From Candidatus Krumholzibacteriota bacterium (GTDB lineage Bacteria > Krumholzibacteriota > Krumholzibacteriia > JAJRXK01), in NCBI GenBank assembly GCA_963727455.1, contig CAVSGG010000015.1, positions 1-64,000 of the forward strand: a stretch of 64,000 nt of DNA, given 5' to 3'. How positions within the stretch are numbered: position 1 is the stretch's first letter; every line of letters begins with the position of its first letter. Positions 39,932-48,839 of this stretch are shown here, in pieces. The translations under genes were made by a program, and so were the position numbers. Below the pieces are notes generated by a model. The model was not told the DNA's origin. It saw only the letters and a list, made by a program, of their open reading frames with translations, and searched no databases.

Positions 39932-40525
39932 CTAGATGGCTACCGCGCGTAGGGCACGTCGTACGATTTCTTCCACCGGCGCATTCTCCCGCTCCTGCAC
40001 GCTCAAGCTGCCGACCGCTCGCCGCGCCGCCTCGAGGCTCAGCCCCATGCCCAGCAAGGCAAGGGTCGCTTCCTCGTCCGAACTTCCCGCACTCTGGGAC
40101 GATCCCGGGTAGTTGGCGATCGGGGAGATCTCGCGATCGCGCAACTCCACCACGAGACGCTCCGCCGTCTTCTTGCCCACTCCCTTGATGCGGGTCAAGG
40201 GCGCCGCGTCGCCCCGGCGAGCTCCATCCAGAATGAGCTCGAAATCCTCATCGCCCAAGATGGCCAGAGCGAGCTTGGGGCCGACCCCGCTGATCCCCAA
40301 AAGCGCTTTGAAGATTTCCCGCTCGGAGGGACTGAAGAAGCCATAGAGCGTCAGAGCGTCCTCACGGACGTGGAGATGAGTGTAGAGCTTGATCTCGTGG
40401 CCCAAGGGGGGCAGTCGTCGACGTAGGCGCTCGGGAACCAAGATCCCGTAACCCACTCCGCCGTCGGACACGATGACGGTCTCACTGGAGGCATCCTCCA
40501 GGCGCCCCGCGATGAATGCGTACAT
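39932..40525 (-). CDS. ruvA: Holliday junction binding protein RuvA
   Basis: GGVGY, VREDALTLYGF and HhH motifs GVGPK and GVGKK. Confidence 0.95.
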   Translation of the reverse strand: MYAFIAGRLEDASSETVIVSDGGVGYGILVPERLRRRLPPLGHEIKLYTHLHVREDALTLYGFFSPSEREIFKALLGISGVGPKLALAILGDEDFELILDGARRGDAAPLTRIKGVGKKTAERLVVELRDREISPIANYPGSSQSAGSSDEEATLALLGMGLSLEAARRAVGSLSVQERENAPVEEIVRRALRAVAI

Positions 40526-40542
40526 TGGACCTCCAGAGGAAT

Positions 40543-41067
40543 TCAAGCTCCGAGCCGGCCCGCCAAACTCCGCTGCGTCTGCAAATTGGCCGCGTGGCAG
40601 ATGGCCATGGCGAGCGCGTCCGTGCTGTCTGGGTCGTGCTCGTCCACTTCGACGCCCAAGAGACGTGAGACCATGCTCGCAACCTGCGCCTTGCTCGCTC
40701 TGCCGTTCCCCGTAACGGCCTTTTTGATCTCGGACGGAGCGTACTCGGCGAGAGCGAAACCGCGCTGCCCTACCACCAGCAGGATGATCCCTCGCGCCTG
40801 CCCCAGGGTCAACGCCGAGGCTTGATTCTTCGCCACGAAAACTCTCTCGATGGCGACTTCGACCGCTGCCGTGGCTTCCGATCGGCAGGCTTCCTCCAGG
40901 ACTTCGCACAAACGGGTGTGCAGGAAGGCGAGTCGTTCGTGCAGTGGCTTTCCAGTTGGGGCTTTCAGGGTGCCGTGAGTCAGGTGCTTCAATCTGCCGC
41001 CGTCCGCTTCGATCACGGCGTAGCCCATCCGCTGGCTTCCCGGATCGAGGCCGACGATCAAGCTCAT
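40543..41067 (-). CDS. ruvC: Crossover junction endodeoxyribonuclease RuvC
   Basis: GLDPG, LGQARG, KKAVTGNGRA and DALAMA. Confidence 0.95.
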   Translation of the reverse strand: MSLIVGLDPGSQRMGYAVIEADGGRLKHLTHGTLKAPTGKPLHERLAFLHTRLCEVLEEACRSEATAAVEVAIERVFVAKNQASALTLGQARGIILLVVGQRGFALAEYAPSEIKKAVTGNGRASKAQVASMVSRLLGVEVDEHDPDSTDALAMAICHAANLQTQRSLAGRLGA

Positions 41068-41822
41068 GCCAGTTCTTCCTGCAGCGCGGCCATCTCTTCC
41101 TCGGGAATGTCCAGATTTGCACTGACCTGCTGCGTGTCATCCAGGTCGTCCAGGGCGTTGATCAGCTTCAGCAATCGCAGCGCATCCTCTCCACTCACGG
41201 TAATCGTGGTGGAAGGAACCGGCGTGAGCTCGGCGGAGAGGGTCACCAGACCCGCCGCGGCCAGGGCCGAGCCCACCGCGTGAAATGCCTCGCGAGGACA
41301 GGTGACCTCCACCGTCCCCCCTTCTTCCTGCACGTCTTCCGCGCCCGCATCGATCACGACTTCCATCACCCGCTCTTCGTCGGCCACCGATGCATCCAGG
41401 CTGAAGATGCCCTTCGTTTCGAAGAGATACGCCACGCTTCCGGGGTCGGCCATCTTGCCTCCGTACTTGCTGAACGCGTGCCGCACGTCGGCGGCAGTAC
41501 GATTGGTGTTGTCCGTCACCGTCGACACGAGGATCGCCACCCCGCCGTGTCCGTAGCCCTCGTAGGTGATTTCCTCGTAGCGCGCGCCCTCGACCTCTCC
41601 CGTGCCTCTCTTGATGGCGCGTTCGATGTTGTCCTTGGGCATATTCTGCCCGCGCGCGGTTTCGATGGCAGTGCGGAGTCTCGGATTGGTCTCGAGGTCG
41701 CCGCCGCCATCACGCGCTGCGATCGTGATTTCCTTGCCCAGACGCGTGAAGAGCTTGCCCCGTTTGGCGTCGGCCGCACCTTTCTTGCGCTTGATGGTGG
41801 CCCACTTGGAATGTCCTGACAC
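41064..41822 (-). CDS. yebC: YebC/PmpR family protein
   Basis: GHSKWATIKRKK, YEGYG and TDNTNRT. Confidence 0.96.
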   Translation of the reverse strand: MSGHSKWATIKRKKGAADAKRGKLFTRLGKEITIAARDGGGDLETNPRLRTAIETARGQNMPKDNIERAIKRGTGEVEGARYEEITYEGYGHGGVAILVSTVTDNTNRTAADVRHAFSKYGGKMADPGSVAYLFETKGIFSLDASVADEERVMEVVIDAGAEDVQEEGGTVEVTCPREAFHAVGSALAAAGLVTLSAELTPVPSTTITVSGEDALRLLKLINALDDLDDTQQVSANLDIPEEEMAALQEELA

Positions 41823-41841
41823 CGTGTCCTCCTGCTTCGCT

Positions 41842-43920
41842 CTAGGCCTCTTCGTGTTCCTTCTTGGCGGACTCGACGATCTTGTTCATCAGCTCGCCCG
41901 GCACTTCCTCGTAACCCTGGAACTTGCGGGTGTGGGTGCCACGGCCCTGGGTCATGCTCCTCAAACTGGTGCTGTAGCGGTAGAGTTCGGCCAAGGGCAC
42001 GTGCGCCTTGACCACGGCGAAATGCCCCTGGGCCTCAGTCCCCATGATCCGTCCCCGCCGCGAGCTCAGATCTCCCATGACGTCACCCATGACCTCATCC
42101 GGACACTTCACTTCGATTTCGTAGATGGGCTCCAGCAGGACCGCCTGCGTTTTGGCGAAGCACTCGCGGAGAGCGGTCGAAGCGGCGGTCTTGAACGCGG
42201 CCTCGCTGGAGTCCACCGCATGGAAGCCACCATCGTACAGCGTGGCCTTCAGATCCACGACCTGACATTTGGCCAAGGGTCCCCTCTGCATGGATTCCTT
42301 GAGCCCCTTCTCCACCGCCGGGATGAACTTTCCCGGGATCGCGCCGCCCACGATTGCGTTCACGAATTCGAATCCCTGACCGCGGGGAAGCGACTCGAAG
42401 CGGAGGCTCACGTCCGCGAACTGGCCGCGTCCGCCCGTTTGCTTCTTGTGACGGGCCTGCACCTCGATCTTGCCCTTGATGGTCTCCAGGTAGGGAATCT
42501 TCGGTTCACGACGTTCCACCTCGACCCCGGTGGATTCCTTGAGATTCTGCAGGATGATGTCGAAGTGCAGCTCTCCCTGTCCCTGCATGACCATCTCGTG
42601 GGTCTGCGGGTCCATCTCGAGCGAGAAGGTTGGATCCTCCTCACGGATCTTGTGCAGACCATTGACCATCTTGTCGTCGTCGCCCGCCCCTAAAGGACGG
42701 ATCGCCATCCGACTGTTCGTCTCCGGGTAAGGAATGGGCTTGAAGAGGGCCGTGCCGCTCTTCTCGCCCAGGGTGTCGCCGGCATGCGTATTCTTGAGTT
42801 TGACCGCGGCGCCAAAATCTCCGCAGCCGATAACCTCGATCTTCTCCCTGTTCTTTCCCTCGAGCTGGAAGAGCTGCGTCAGCCGCTCGCTGTGGCCGTG
42901 GCTCTTGTTGAGCACCTCGTCCCCCGAGGAGAGCTTCGAGCCGTAGACCCGCAGCAGGGCGAACTCTCCCGCCTCCTTCTCCAGGGAGATCTTGAACACG
43001 CGCGCAGCCAGAGGGGCATCGGGTCCGACCTCGATCTTGGTCGCCTCCCCCTTCTGATCGACCGCATCGATTTCGCTGAAGGCGTTCGCGGCGGGCAGGT
43101 ACTCCTTCACGTAGTGCAGCATCTGCTTCATCCCACGCAGAGAGTGCGCACTCACCGCGCACACTGGGAGGAACGAACGGTCTCTGACACCAATACGGAT
43201 GCCCTTCACGATTTCCTCGTAGCTGAGCGTGCCCTCCTCGAGGAATTTCTCCACCAGGCCGTCGTCGTGTTCCGCCGCGGCATTGAGGAGCTCCTCACGG
43301 GTCGTCTCGTAGACATCTTTCATTTCCGCCGGAATCTCCGCTTCCTTCGATTCGCCTTTGTCGTCGTAGAGGTAGGCCTTGCCCAGGGCCACATCGATCA
43401 CGCCCTTGAAATTCTCGCCATCGCCGATGGGAAGCTGAATCGGGATCGCCTTCGAGCTGAGCTGCTTGTGAATTTGCTCCAGAGCTGAGGCGAAATCGGC
43501 GTGTTCCTTGTCCATTTTGGACACCACGATCATAGTGGGGAGCTTGAGCTCGTCGAGCTTCTCCCAGAGGCTCTCGGTTCCCACCTCGACCCCACCATCG
43601 GCACGCACGAGCACGATGGCGCTCTCCACCACCGACAGGGCTGCCATCACGTCGCCGCGGAAATCCTCGAAACCGGGAGTGTCGAGGATGTTGAACTTGG
43701 TGCCTTCGTATTCGCAGGCTCCCAATGCCAGATAAATGCTGGTCTTGCGGTCGATTTCGTTGGGGTGGTAGTCCAGATTACTGCTTCCCTCGTCCACGCT
43801 GCCCATCCGTCCGATGGCCTTCGTCTTGTAGAGAATAGCTTCTGCCAAAGTGGTCTTCCCGGCCGCCTGATGGGAAAGGAGGGCCAGATTGCGAATATTC
43901 GAGGGCTCATAGGTCTTCAA
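41842..43920 (-). CDS. fusA: Elongation factor G paralogue (EF-G2 type)
   Basis: Full EF-G architecture (DTPG, KKQTGGRGQF, DSSE, LLEP) with divergent G1 SHQAAGKTT and G2 RKTSI; not in the str operon. Confidence 0.88.
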   Translation of the reverse strand: MKTYEPSNIRNLALLSHQAAGKTTLAEAILYKTKAIGRMGSVDEGSSNLDYHPNEIDRKTSIYLALGACEYEGTKFNILDTPGFEDFRGDVMAALSVVESAIVLVRADGGVEVGTESLWEKLDELKLPTMIVVSKMDKEHADFASALEQIHKQLSSKAIPIQLPIGDGENFKGVIDVALGKAYLYDDKGESKEAEIPAEMKDVYETTREELLNAAAEHDDGLVEKFLEEGTLSYEEIVKGIRIGVRDRSFLPVCAVSAHSLRGMKQMLHYVKEYLPAANAFSEIDAVDQKGEATKIEVGPDAPLAARVFKISLEKEAGEFALLRVYGSKLSSGDEVLNKSHGHSERLTQLFQLEGKNREKIEVIGCGDFGAAVKLKNTHAGDTLGEKSGTALFKPIPYPETNSRMAIRPLGAGDDDKMVNGLHKIREEDPTFSLEMDPQTHEMVMQGQGELHFDIILQNLKESTGVEVERREPKIPYLETIKGKIEVQARHKKQTGGRGQFADVSLRFESLPRGQGFEFVNAIVGGAIPGKFIPAVEKGLKESMQRGPLAKCQVVDLKATLYDGGFHAVDSSEAAFKTAASTALRECFAKTQAVLLEPIYEIEVKCPDEVMGDVMGDLSSRRGRIMGTEAQGHFAVVKAHVPLAELYRYSTSLRSMTQGRGTHTRKFQGYEEVPGELMNKIVESAKKEHEEA

Positions 43921-44035
43921 GGCCGATGCCTCCCGACTCTTGGTCGTGGGAAAGGAAGCGTCCCCGCCGCTTCATTCAGCGCCAAACACCGCCAAAGCGC
44001 GGGGATCGGTGCGGGGTCGAGCGTTAGAACACGCT

Positions 44036-44065
44036 AATCTAGCGCGTTTGGCAAAAGAGTGTCAA
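44036..44065 (-). promoter_or_regulatory. Putative sigma70 promoter for the EF-G2 gene cluster
   Basis: TTGACA-N18-TAGATT. Confidence 0.55.
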
Positions 44066-44352
44066 CGTGGCGCCTTCGCGCAAGGTACAGTTTTGGTTGG
44101 GCTTTCCCTCGCGAATTCGCCACCGTATATTGGACCTGCCGCGGGCAAGGGCGATCTCTGCGCCTGGGGCCTAGGTCTTTTCTTTACAGTCCGCTAGTCG
44201 AGAGGATAGATTCTTCCGGCTGTTAGCTCTGCGGGTGATGATCCGGTTTGCTTCCCCTCGCGCGCCGCGGGTTGGGAGGAGATAGCTCCCGCTCGTAGCT
44301 TATGCGACGTTTATTCACCCTATCCCGCCCCGCGGCTGGGCTCTTCAGGTCT

Positions 44353-45270
44353 ATGTCTCAGTTCACGCATTCGAATCGCCTTCCCTCGCGTACGCCAGCT
44401 CGCTCGATTCCCATGGTTGCGGTACTCTTGGCGCTCCTCGCTCTGCTGCTCTCGACCAGCGCGTCGGCTCAACCCAAGAAAAAGGACGAAAACGAGCACA
44501 AATTGGGGCAGATCCGCCGGATCGAGCTCTCCTTCTTCGGGGGCTGGTTCGGGGGAGTGACCTATCTGAGTCTGCCTCCCATCGCACCGCAGACCACCGA
44601 TCTCGGTGCCGCACAGATCCTGGACTTCAGTGACGACCTCCTGGCCCAGCCCAAGTACCCGGGGCAGATCGATGCGACCGAGAAGAGCGTCGACAGCGGC
44701 TACTTCGGGGGGCTCAGCGCCACTTTCTTCCTGACCGATGCCTTTGGTCTGGAACTCATCGGTGCCTACGGTCAGTCGCAGGCCAAGATCACGGGCGAAT
44801 ATCAGGATCCCAACGGCGTCGACATGCAGAATCCCTTCTACGACCCCTCCCAGGCCAACGGACGCTTCCAATGGGACCGCTCGGACATGACCTGGGTGCA
44901 GGGCGGCGCGAACATGGTGTTCATTTTCGGAAAGCGCACCCTACGACCCTATCTGCTCATTGGTCTGGGAGGAGTGCTCAACAGCTTTCCCAACGCCAAC
45001 AGCGTGGGCGCGCTCTACTTTCAATACGGTGGCGGCTTTCGCTATGAGCTGAGCGACCGACTGGCGCTGAAGATGGGAATCTCCACCGCCCTCTTCAGCT
45101 GGAGCCAGGATGAAATCGATCTGAACCGAGCCGTTCAGTACCCGATGGCCAGCATCGGCATCATCTGGAAGCACGAGGTCCCGCCAGAGGCCTACCAGGA
45201 CGACACTTCCAAGGAGAAGCCGGAAAATCCAGAGGGGACGAAGCCGCAGGATGCGCAGGGCAAGGGATAG
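44353..45270 (+). CDS. Outer-membrane beta-barrel protein (start uncertain, alternative 44413)
   Basis: Signal peptide ending ASA; alternating amphipathic strands (LRPYLLIGLG, YGGGFRY). Confidence 0.75.
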   Translation: MSQFTHSNRLPSRTPARSIPMVAVLLALLALLLSTSASAQPKKKDENEHKLGQIRRIELSFFGGWFGGVTYLSLPPIAPQTTDLGAAQILDFSDDLLAQPKYPGQIDATEKSVDSGYFGGLSATFFLTDAFGLELIGAYGQSQAKITGEYQDPNGVDMQNPFYDPSQANGRFQWDRSDMTWVQGGANMVFIFGKRTLRPYLLIGLGGVLNSFPNANSVGALYFQYGGGFRYELSDRLALKMGISTALFSWSQDEIDLNRAVQYPMASIGIIWKHEVPPEAYQDDTSKEKPENPEGTKPQDAQGKG

Positions 45271-45340
45271 AGGGTCCTCGCCGCGCGGCCTTACGCGCTC
45301 GAACGCGTCTCGGCCCGAGATTCCACTTTCGTGACAAAAG

Positions 45341-45372
45341 AGAAGAGGCGCCCTCGAGCGGGCGCCTCTTCT
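45341..45372 (-). terminator. Intrinsic terminator between convergent genes
   Basis: Perfect 13-bp stem AGAAGAGGCGCCC/GGGCGCCTCTTCT with 6-nt loop and T-run on the minus strand. Confidence 0.8.
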
Positions 45373-45394
45373 GCACTCAGACGAAAAACCGCGG

Positions 45395-45793
45395 CTACTT
45401 CTTCTTGCGCACCGTGGTCTTCTTCTTACGACGGGTTGTCTTCTTCTTGCGGCCCGTGGTCTTCTTCTTGCGGGCCGTCGTCTTCTTCTTGCGACCCGTG
45501 GTCTTCTTCTTGCGACGGGTCGTCTTCTTCTTGCGGGCCGTCGTCTTCTTCTTGCGGCCCGTGGTCTTCTTCTTGCGACGGGTCGTCTTCTTCTTGCGGC
45601 CCGTGGTCTTCTTCTTGCGACGGGTCGTCTTCTTCTTGCGGCCCGTGGTCTTCTTCTTGCGGGCCGTCGTCTTCTTCTTGCGACGGGTCGTCTTCTTCTT
45701 GCGGGCCGTCGTCTTCTTCTTGCGACCCGTGGTCTTCTTCTTACGAGCGGTGCGCTTCTTCGCCGCCGCCTCCATAATGATTCCGTCTTCCAT
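45395..45793 (-). CDS. Histone H1-like highly basic repeat protein (start 45793 or 45775)
   Basis: (G/A/R)RKKKTT x16; has its own promoter and terminator. Confidence 0.8.
   Translation of the reverse strand: MEDGIIMEAAAKKRTARKKKTTGRKKKTTARKKKTTRRKKKTTARKKKTTGRKKKTTRRKKKTTGRKKKTTRRKKKTTGRKKKTTARKKKTTRRKKKTTGRKKKTTARKKKTTGRKKKTTRRKKKTTVRKKK
45398..45748. repeat. 21-bp coding tandem repeat, 16 full copies plus 1 partial
   Basis: Unit such as GTCTTCTTCTTGCGGCCCGTG with variant bases. Confidence 0.95.
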
Positions 45794-45899
45794 TCTTTTG
45801 CCTCGCTTTTGTGTGCAGCCTTGAGGGGCGACGCCCCTCGGAACGGTTCCCGAATTGGAAATCATGAGCAACTCACGTTCCAGATCGGAAATCATCCGG

Positions 45900-45928
45900 A
45901 TTATTCGGATCACGGTTTTTCGTGTCAA
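45900..45928 (-). promoter_or_regulatory. Near-consensus sigma70 promoter for the histone-like gene
   Basis: TTGACA-N17-AATAAT. Confidence 0.65.
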
Positions 45929-45939
45929 ACAAAAAAATA

Positions 45940-45964
45940 GAGGTCTCGATGTGTTCGAGACCTC
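45940..45964 (-). terminator. Intrinsic terminator after tRNA-Leu
   Basis: Perfect 10-bp stem GAGGTCTCGA/TCGAGACCTC followed by TATTTTTTT on the minus strand. Confidence 0.82.
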
Positions 45965-45972
45965 ATGAGACG

Positions 45973-46057
45973 TGGTGCCCGGGGCGGGATTCGAACCCGC
46001 ACGGCTCTCGCCACTACCCCCTCAAGATAGCGTGTCTACCAATTCCACCACCCGGGC
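45973..46057 (-). tRNA. tRNA-Leu(GAG)
   Basis: 85 nt; acceptor stem GCCCGGG, anticodon loop TTGAGGG, long variable arm, GTTCGAATC and encoded CCA; follows secG. Confidence 0.97.
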
Positions 46058-46073
46058 GCACGAGCAACATCTC

Positions 46074-46547
46074 CTACTGTCCGCCACCACTGGATTGCTT
46101 CTTCTCTTTGGAAGAAGAGGCTTTTGCCGCGTTCTCATTGGAAGAACTGGGCGCGGTGGATTGGGAATTCTCCACTCCCTTGGGTGATTGTTCGGCGGTC
46201 GGAATATCCGAGGGTGTGACAGGGACAGCCTCGTTTTGAGGCAGCGGTGCACTCTCTACGGGAACCCTCTCCGCCGCCTGACGAGTCAGTCGGCTATGTG
46301 TGGTGGGAGCACCTTCATTCATCGTCAAAAAGACTAAAATCACACTGCTGATCATGAAGGCCGCGCCCAAGTAGATCGTTGCTTTGTGCAAGATCGTCGT
46401 CACGCCGCGTGCGCCAAATACGGCTTGTCCCGCACCACCACCGCCGAAAGCGCCCGCCAAGCCGTCGCCTTTGGAAGACTGCAGAAGAACGACCACGCAG
46501 AGCACGATGGAAATGAGCAGGTGAACGATGATTGCGAGTCCGTACAT
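46074..46547 (-). CDS. secG: Preprotein translocase subunit SecG
   Basis: VLLQSSKGDGLAGAFGGG...FGARG, two TM helices and a disordered tail. Confidence 0.95.
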   Translation of the reverse strand: MYGLAIIVHLLISIVLCVVVLLQSSKGDGLAGAFGGGGAGQAVFGARGVTTILHKATIYLGAAFMISSVILVFLTMNEGAPTTHSRLTRQAAERVPVESAPLPQNEAVPVTPSDIPTAEQSPKGVENSQSTAPSSSNENAAKASSSKEKKQSSGGGQ

Positions 46548-46617
46548 GGGATTGACCTTGAATCGGGATAGGTCGAGGATCGGGCGCCACCAGCGCCGTC
46601 TCCGCCAAGAGCAGGGT

Positions 46618-46646
46618 AAATTAGCATCTCGCCCTGCCCCTGTCAA
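46618..46646 (-). promoter_or_regulatory. Putative sigma70 promoter for secG-tRNA-Leu
   Basis: TTGACA-N17-TAATTT with extended -10 TG. Confidence 0.6.
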
Positions 46647-46692
46647 ATCAGCCCTACGCGGGGTTTGACCGCGAATTCGGCCCTTCAGGGCC

Positions 46693-47448
46693 TCATTGGT
46701 ATTCGATGATCCGCCGGAAGGACTCGGCCTTCAGGCTCGCTCCCCCCACCAGCGCCCCGTCGATGTTCTCGCGCTGCATGTACTCCGCGATGTTGTCGGG
46801 GGTGACGCTGCCCCCGTAGAGAATGCGTACGCTCTTGGAAACCTCGTCACCGAAGCGCTCCTTGAGAATCCCTCGTACCAGCCGGTGGACCGCCTCCGCG
46901 TCCTCGGGCTGCGCGCTGTTGCCGGTCCCGATGGCCCAAATTGGCTCGTAGGCGAGCACGACGGCTGCGGCCTGGGGCGCGTGCAGACCCTCCAGCACCG
47001 CGTGAATTTGCCCGCTGACGAAGGACTCGGTGCGCCCCTGCAAGCGGATTTCCTCGCTCTCGCCGAAGCACACCACCGGCTGCAGTCCCACGCGGAAGGT
47101 CGCACGCAGCTTCGCCGCCACCAGTTCATCCGTCTCGTGGAAGAACTCTCTGCGCTCGCTGTGGCCGAGGATGCAGCAGCGGACCTGTAGCTCCTTTAAC
47201 TGTTCGGCGCTCACTCCCCCCGTGAATGCCCCGGGCTCTTGGAAGCTGAGGTCCTGGCATCCCACTCCCACCACGCTTCCCTGCAACACTTCCATCACCT
47301 GGGACACGAAGGGCATCGAAGGGCACACCATCACCTCGGGTCCCGCGTAGACCCCGGCGAGTTGCCGTTTGAGTTCGCGGGCCAGACTCAGACTCTCGGC
47401 TCGCCCGAGTTTCATTTTCCAATTGCCGATGATCAGTGGCCGTCTCAT
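46693..47448 (-). CDS. tpiA: Triosephosphate isomerase
   Basis: GNWKM, GHSERR, AYEPIWAIGTG, YGGSV and LVGGASL. Confidence 0.97.
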   Translation of the reverse strand: MRRPLIIGNWKMKLGRAESLSLARELKRQLAGVYAGPEVMVCPSMPFVSQVMEVLQGSVVGVGCQDLSFQEPGAFTGGVSAEQLKELQVRCCILGHSERREFFHETDELVAAKLRATFRVGLQPVVCFGESEEIRLQGRTESFVSGQIHAVLEGLHAPQAAAVVLAYEPIWAIGTGNSAQPEDAEAVHRLVRGILKERFGDEVSKSVRILYGGSVTPDNIAEYMQRENIDGALVGGASLKAESFRRIIEYQ

Positions 47449-47479
47449 GGCCGACTCCCTTCGCAGATTTGCAGCGAGC

Positions 47480-48691
47480 TCACACGGGAGAGGAACTGAC
47501 GTCCGAGAGTACCTCGACCCCCGGGAGAGTCTTCCCCGCCAGAAGTTCCAGGGACGCCCCGCCGCCGGTCGAGAGGTGCGAGATCGAGTCGGCAAGATCG
47601 AGCTGATTGACCGCCGCGACGGAGTCGCCTCCTCCCACCACGGTGCGCGCCCCCTGCTCGGTGGCACGAGCGATCGCGCGGGCGATGGCGCGGGTTCCGC
47701 GGGCGAATCGCGGCATTTCGAAGACCCCCATGGGACCGTTCCAGAACACGGTGCGCGCGCGGGCAATCTCTTCGGCGAAAAACTTCGTAGTTCGAGGACC
47801 GATGTCCAGGCCCTGCCAGTTTTCGGGGATGTCGGTGACGAGCACTTCCTTGAGCGCCCCCTTCTCGGAGAACTCGTTGCTCACAACGACGTCCTGAGGC
47901 AGAAGAATCCTGGTGCGCGAGTTCTTGGCCCGTTCCAGAATGCCCCGCACGGTATCCTGCAGTCCATCTTCCACCAGACTGGCGCCCACTTCCAAGCCGT
48001 GCACCTTGAAGAAGGTGAAGGCCATGCCGCCGCCGATCAGGATCGAATCGACTCGGTCCAGGAGGTTCTCGATGACCTCGATCTTGCCACTCACTTTGGC
48101 GCCGCCCAGGACCGCAACGAATGGTTGCGCGGGCCGCTCGAGCAGGCCCTGCAGGTTGTCCAGCTCCTTGGCCATGAGCAGTCCCGATACTCGCAATTCG
48201 AAATGCTGCGCGACTCCTACCGTACTCGCGTGCGCCCGGTGCGCGGTTCCGAAGGCATCGTTGACGTAGACCTCTCCCCAGCGGGCCAGAGCAGCGGCAA
48301 ACTGCGGATCGTTTGCGGTCTCCTCGGAATGGAATCGGAGATTCTCCAAGAGGACGATCTCACCTTCCTTGAGAGTGGAGAGCGCGGCCTCCGCTTCCTC
48401 TCCCACGCAATCGGGAACGAAACGCACTGGGGCCCCACACAACTCCGCGAGACGATCCGCGACCGGCTGCAAACTCATCGATTCCACGCGTTCCCCCTTG
48501 GGCCGACCAAGGTGGCTCATGAGAATGATCTGCCCGCCGCGAGCTCTGATCAACTCGATGGTCGAGAGCGATGCCCGAATGCGCGTGTCGTCGGTGATCT
48601 CCCGCGCCTCGTTCATCGGCACGTTGAAATCAACGCGAGTGAGCACGCGAACTCCCTTGAGATCGATGTCTTGGACTGAGAGCTTCTTCAT
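47480..48691 (-). CDS. pgk: Phosphoglycerate kinase
   Basis: RVDFNVP, SHLGRP, NDAFGTAHRAHAS, WNGPMGVFE and STGGGASL. Confidence 0.97.
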   Translation of the reverse strand: MKKLSVQDIDLKGVRVLTRVDFNVPMNEAREITDDTRIRASLSTIELIRARGGQIILMSHLGRPKGERVESMSLQPVADRLAELCGAPVRFVPDCVGEEAEAALSTLKEGEIVLLENLRFHSEETANDPQFAAALARWGEVYVNDAFGTAHRAHASTVGVAQHFELRVSGLLMAKELDNLQGLLERPAQPFVAVLGGAKVSGKIEVIENLLDRVDSILIGGGMAFTFFKVHGLEVGASLVEDGLQDTVRGILERAKNSRTRILLPQDVVVSNEFSEKGALKEVLVTDIPENWQGLDIGPRTTKFFAEEIARARTVFWNGPMGVFEMPRFARGTRAIARAIARATEQGARTVVGGGDSVAAVNQLDLADSISHLSTGGGASLELLAGKTLPGVEVLSDVSSSPV

Positions 48692-48807
48692 GATTCCCCG
48701 ATTCTTCCGGCGCCCTCTCCCTCGGGCTGGCCTTCCTCACCCTGACCGGAGCTGATGCGGTATCTTGTTGTTTTACAAAAACTTATACTCTCGCTTCCCC
48801 ACGGATC

Positions 48808-48837
48808 ATAGTAGAGACACAAGTCCCGAAGTGTCAA
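48808..48837 (-). promoter_or_regulatory. Putative sigma70 promoter for pgk-tpiA
   Basis: TTGACA-N18-TACTAT. Confidence 0.55.
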
Positions 48838-48839
48838 GT

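Noticed and set aside
45398-45748. Possible CRISPR array
   Set aside because: Units are contiguous 21-mers with no unique spacers, they keep the reading frame, and no cas genes are nearby
45331-45824. Plus-strand repeat ORFs (VVFFLR)n and (SSSCGP)n
   Set aside because: Antisense shadows of the repeat; the promoter and terminator support the minus-strand Lys-rich frame
45270-45973. Genomic island integrated at tRNA-Leu
   Set aside because: No integrase and no duplicated tRNA 3' end seen; the tRNA's terminator is intact
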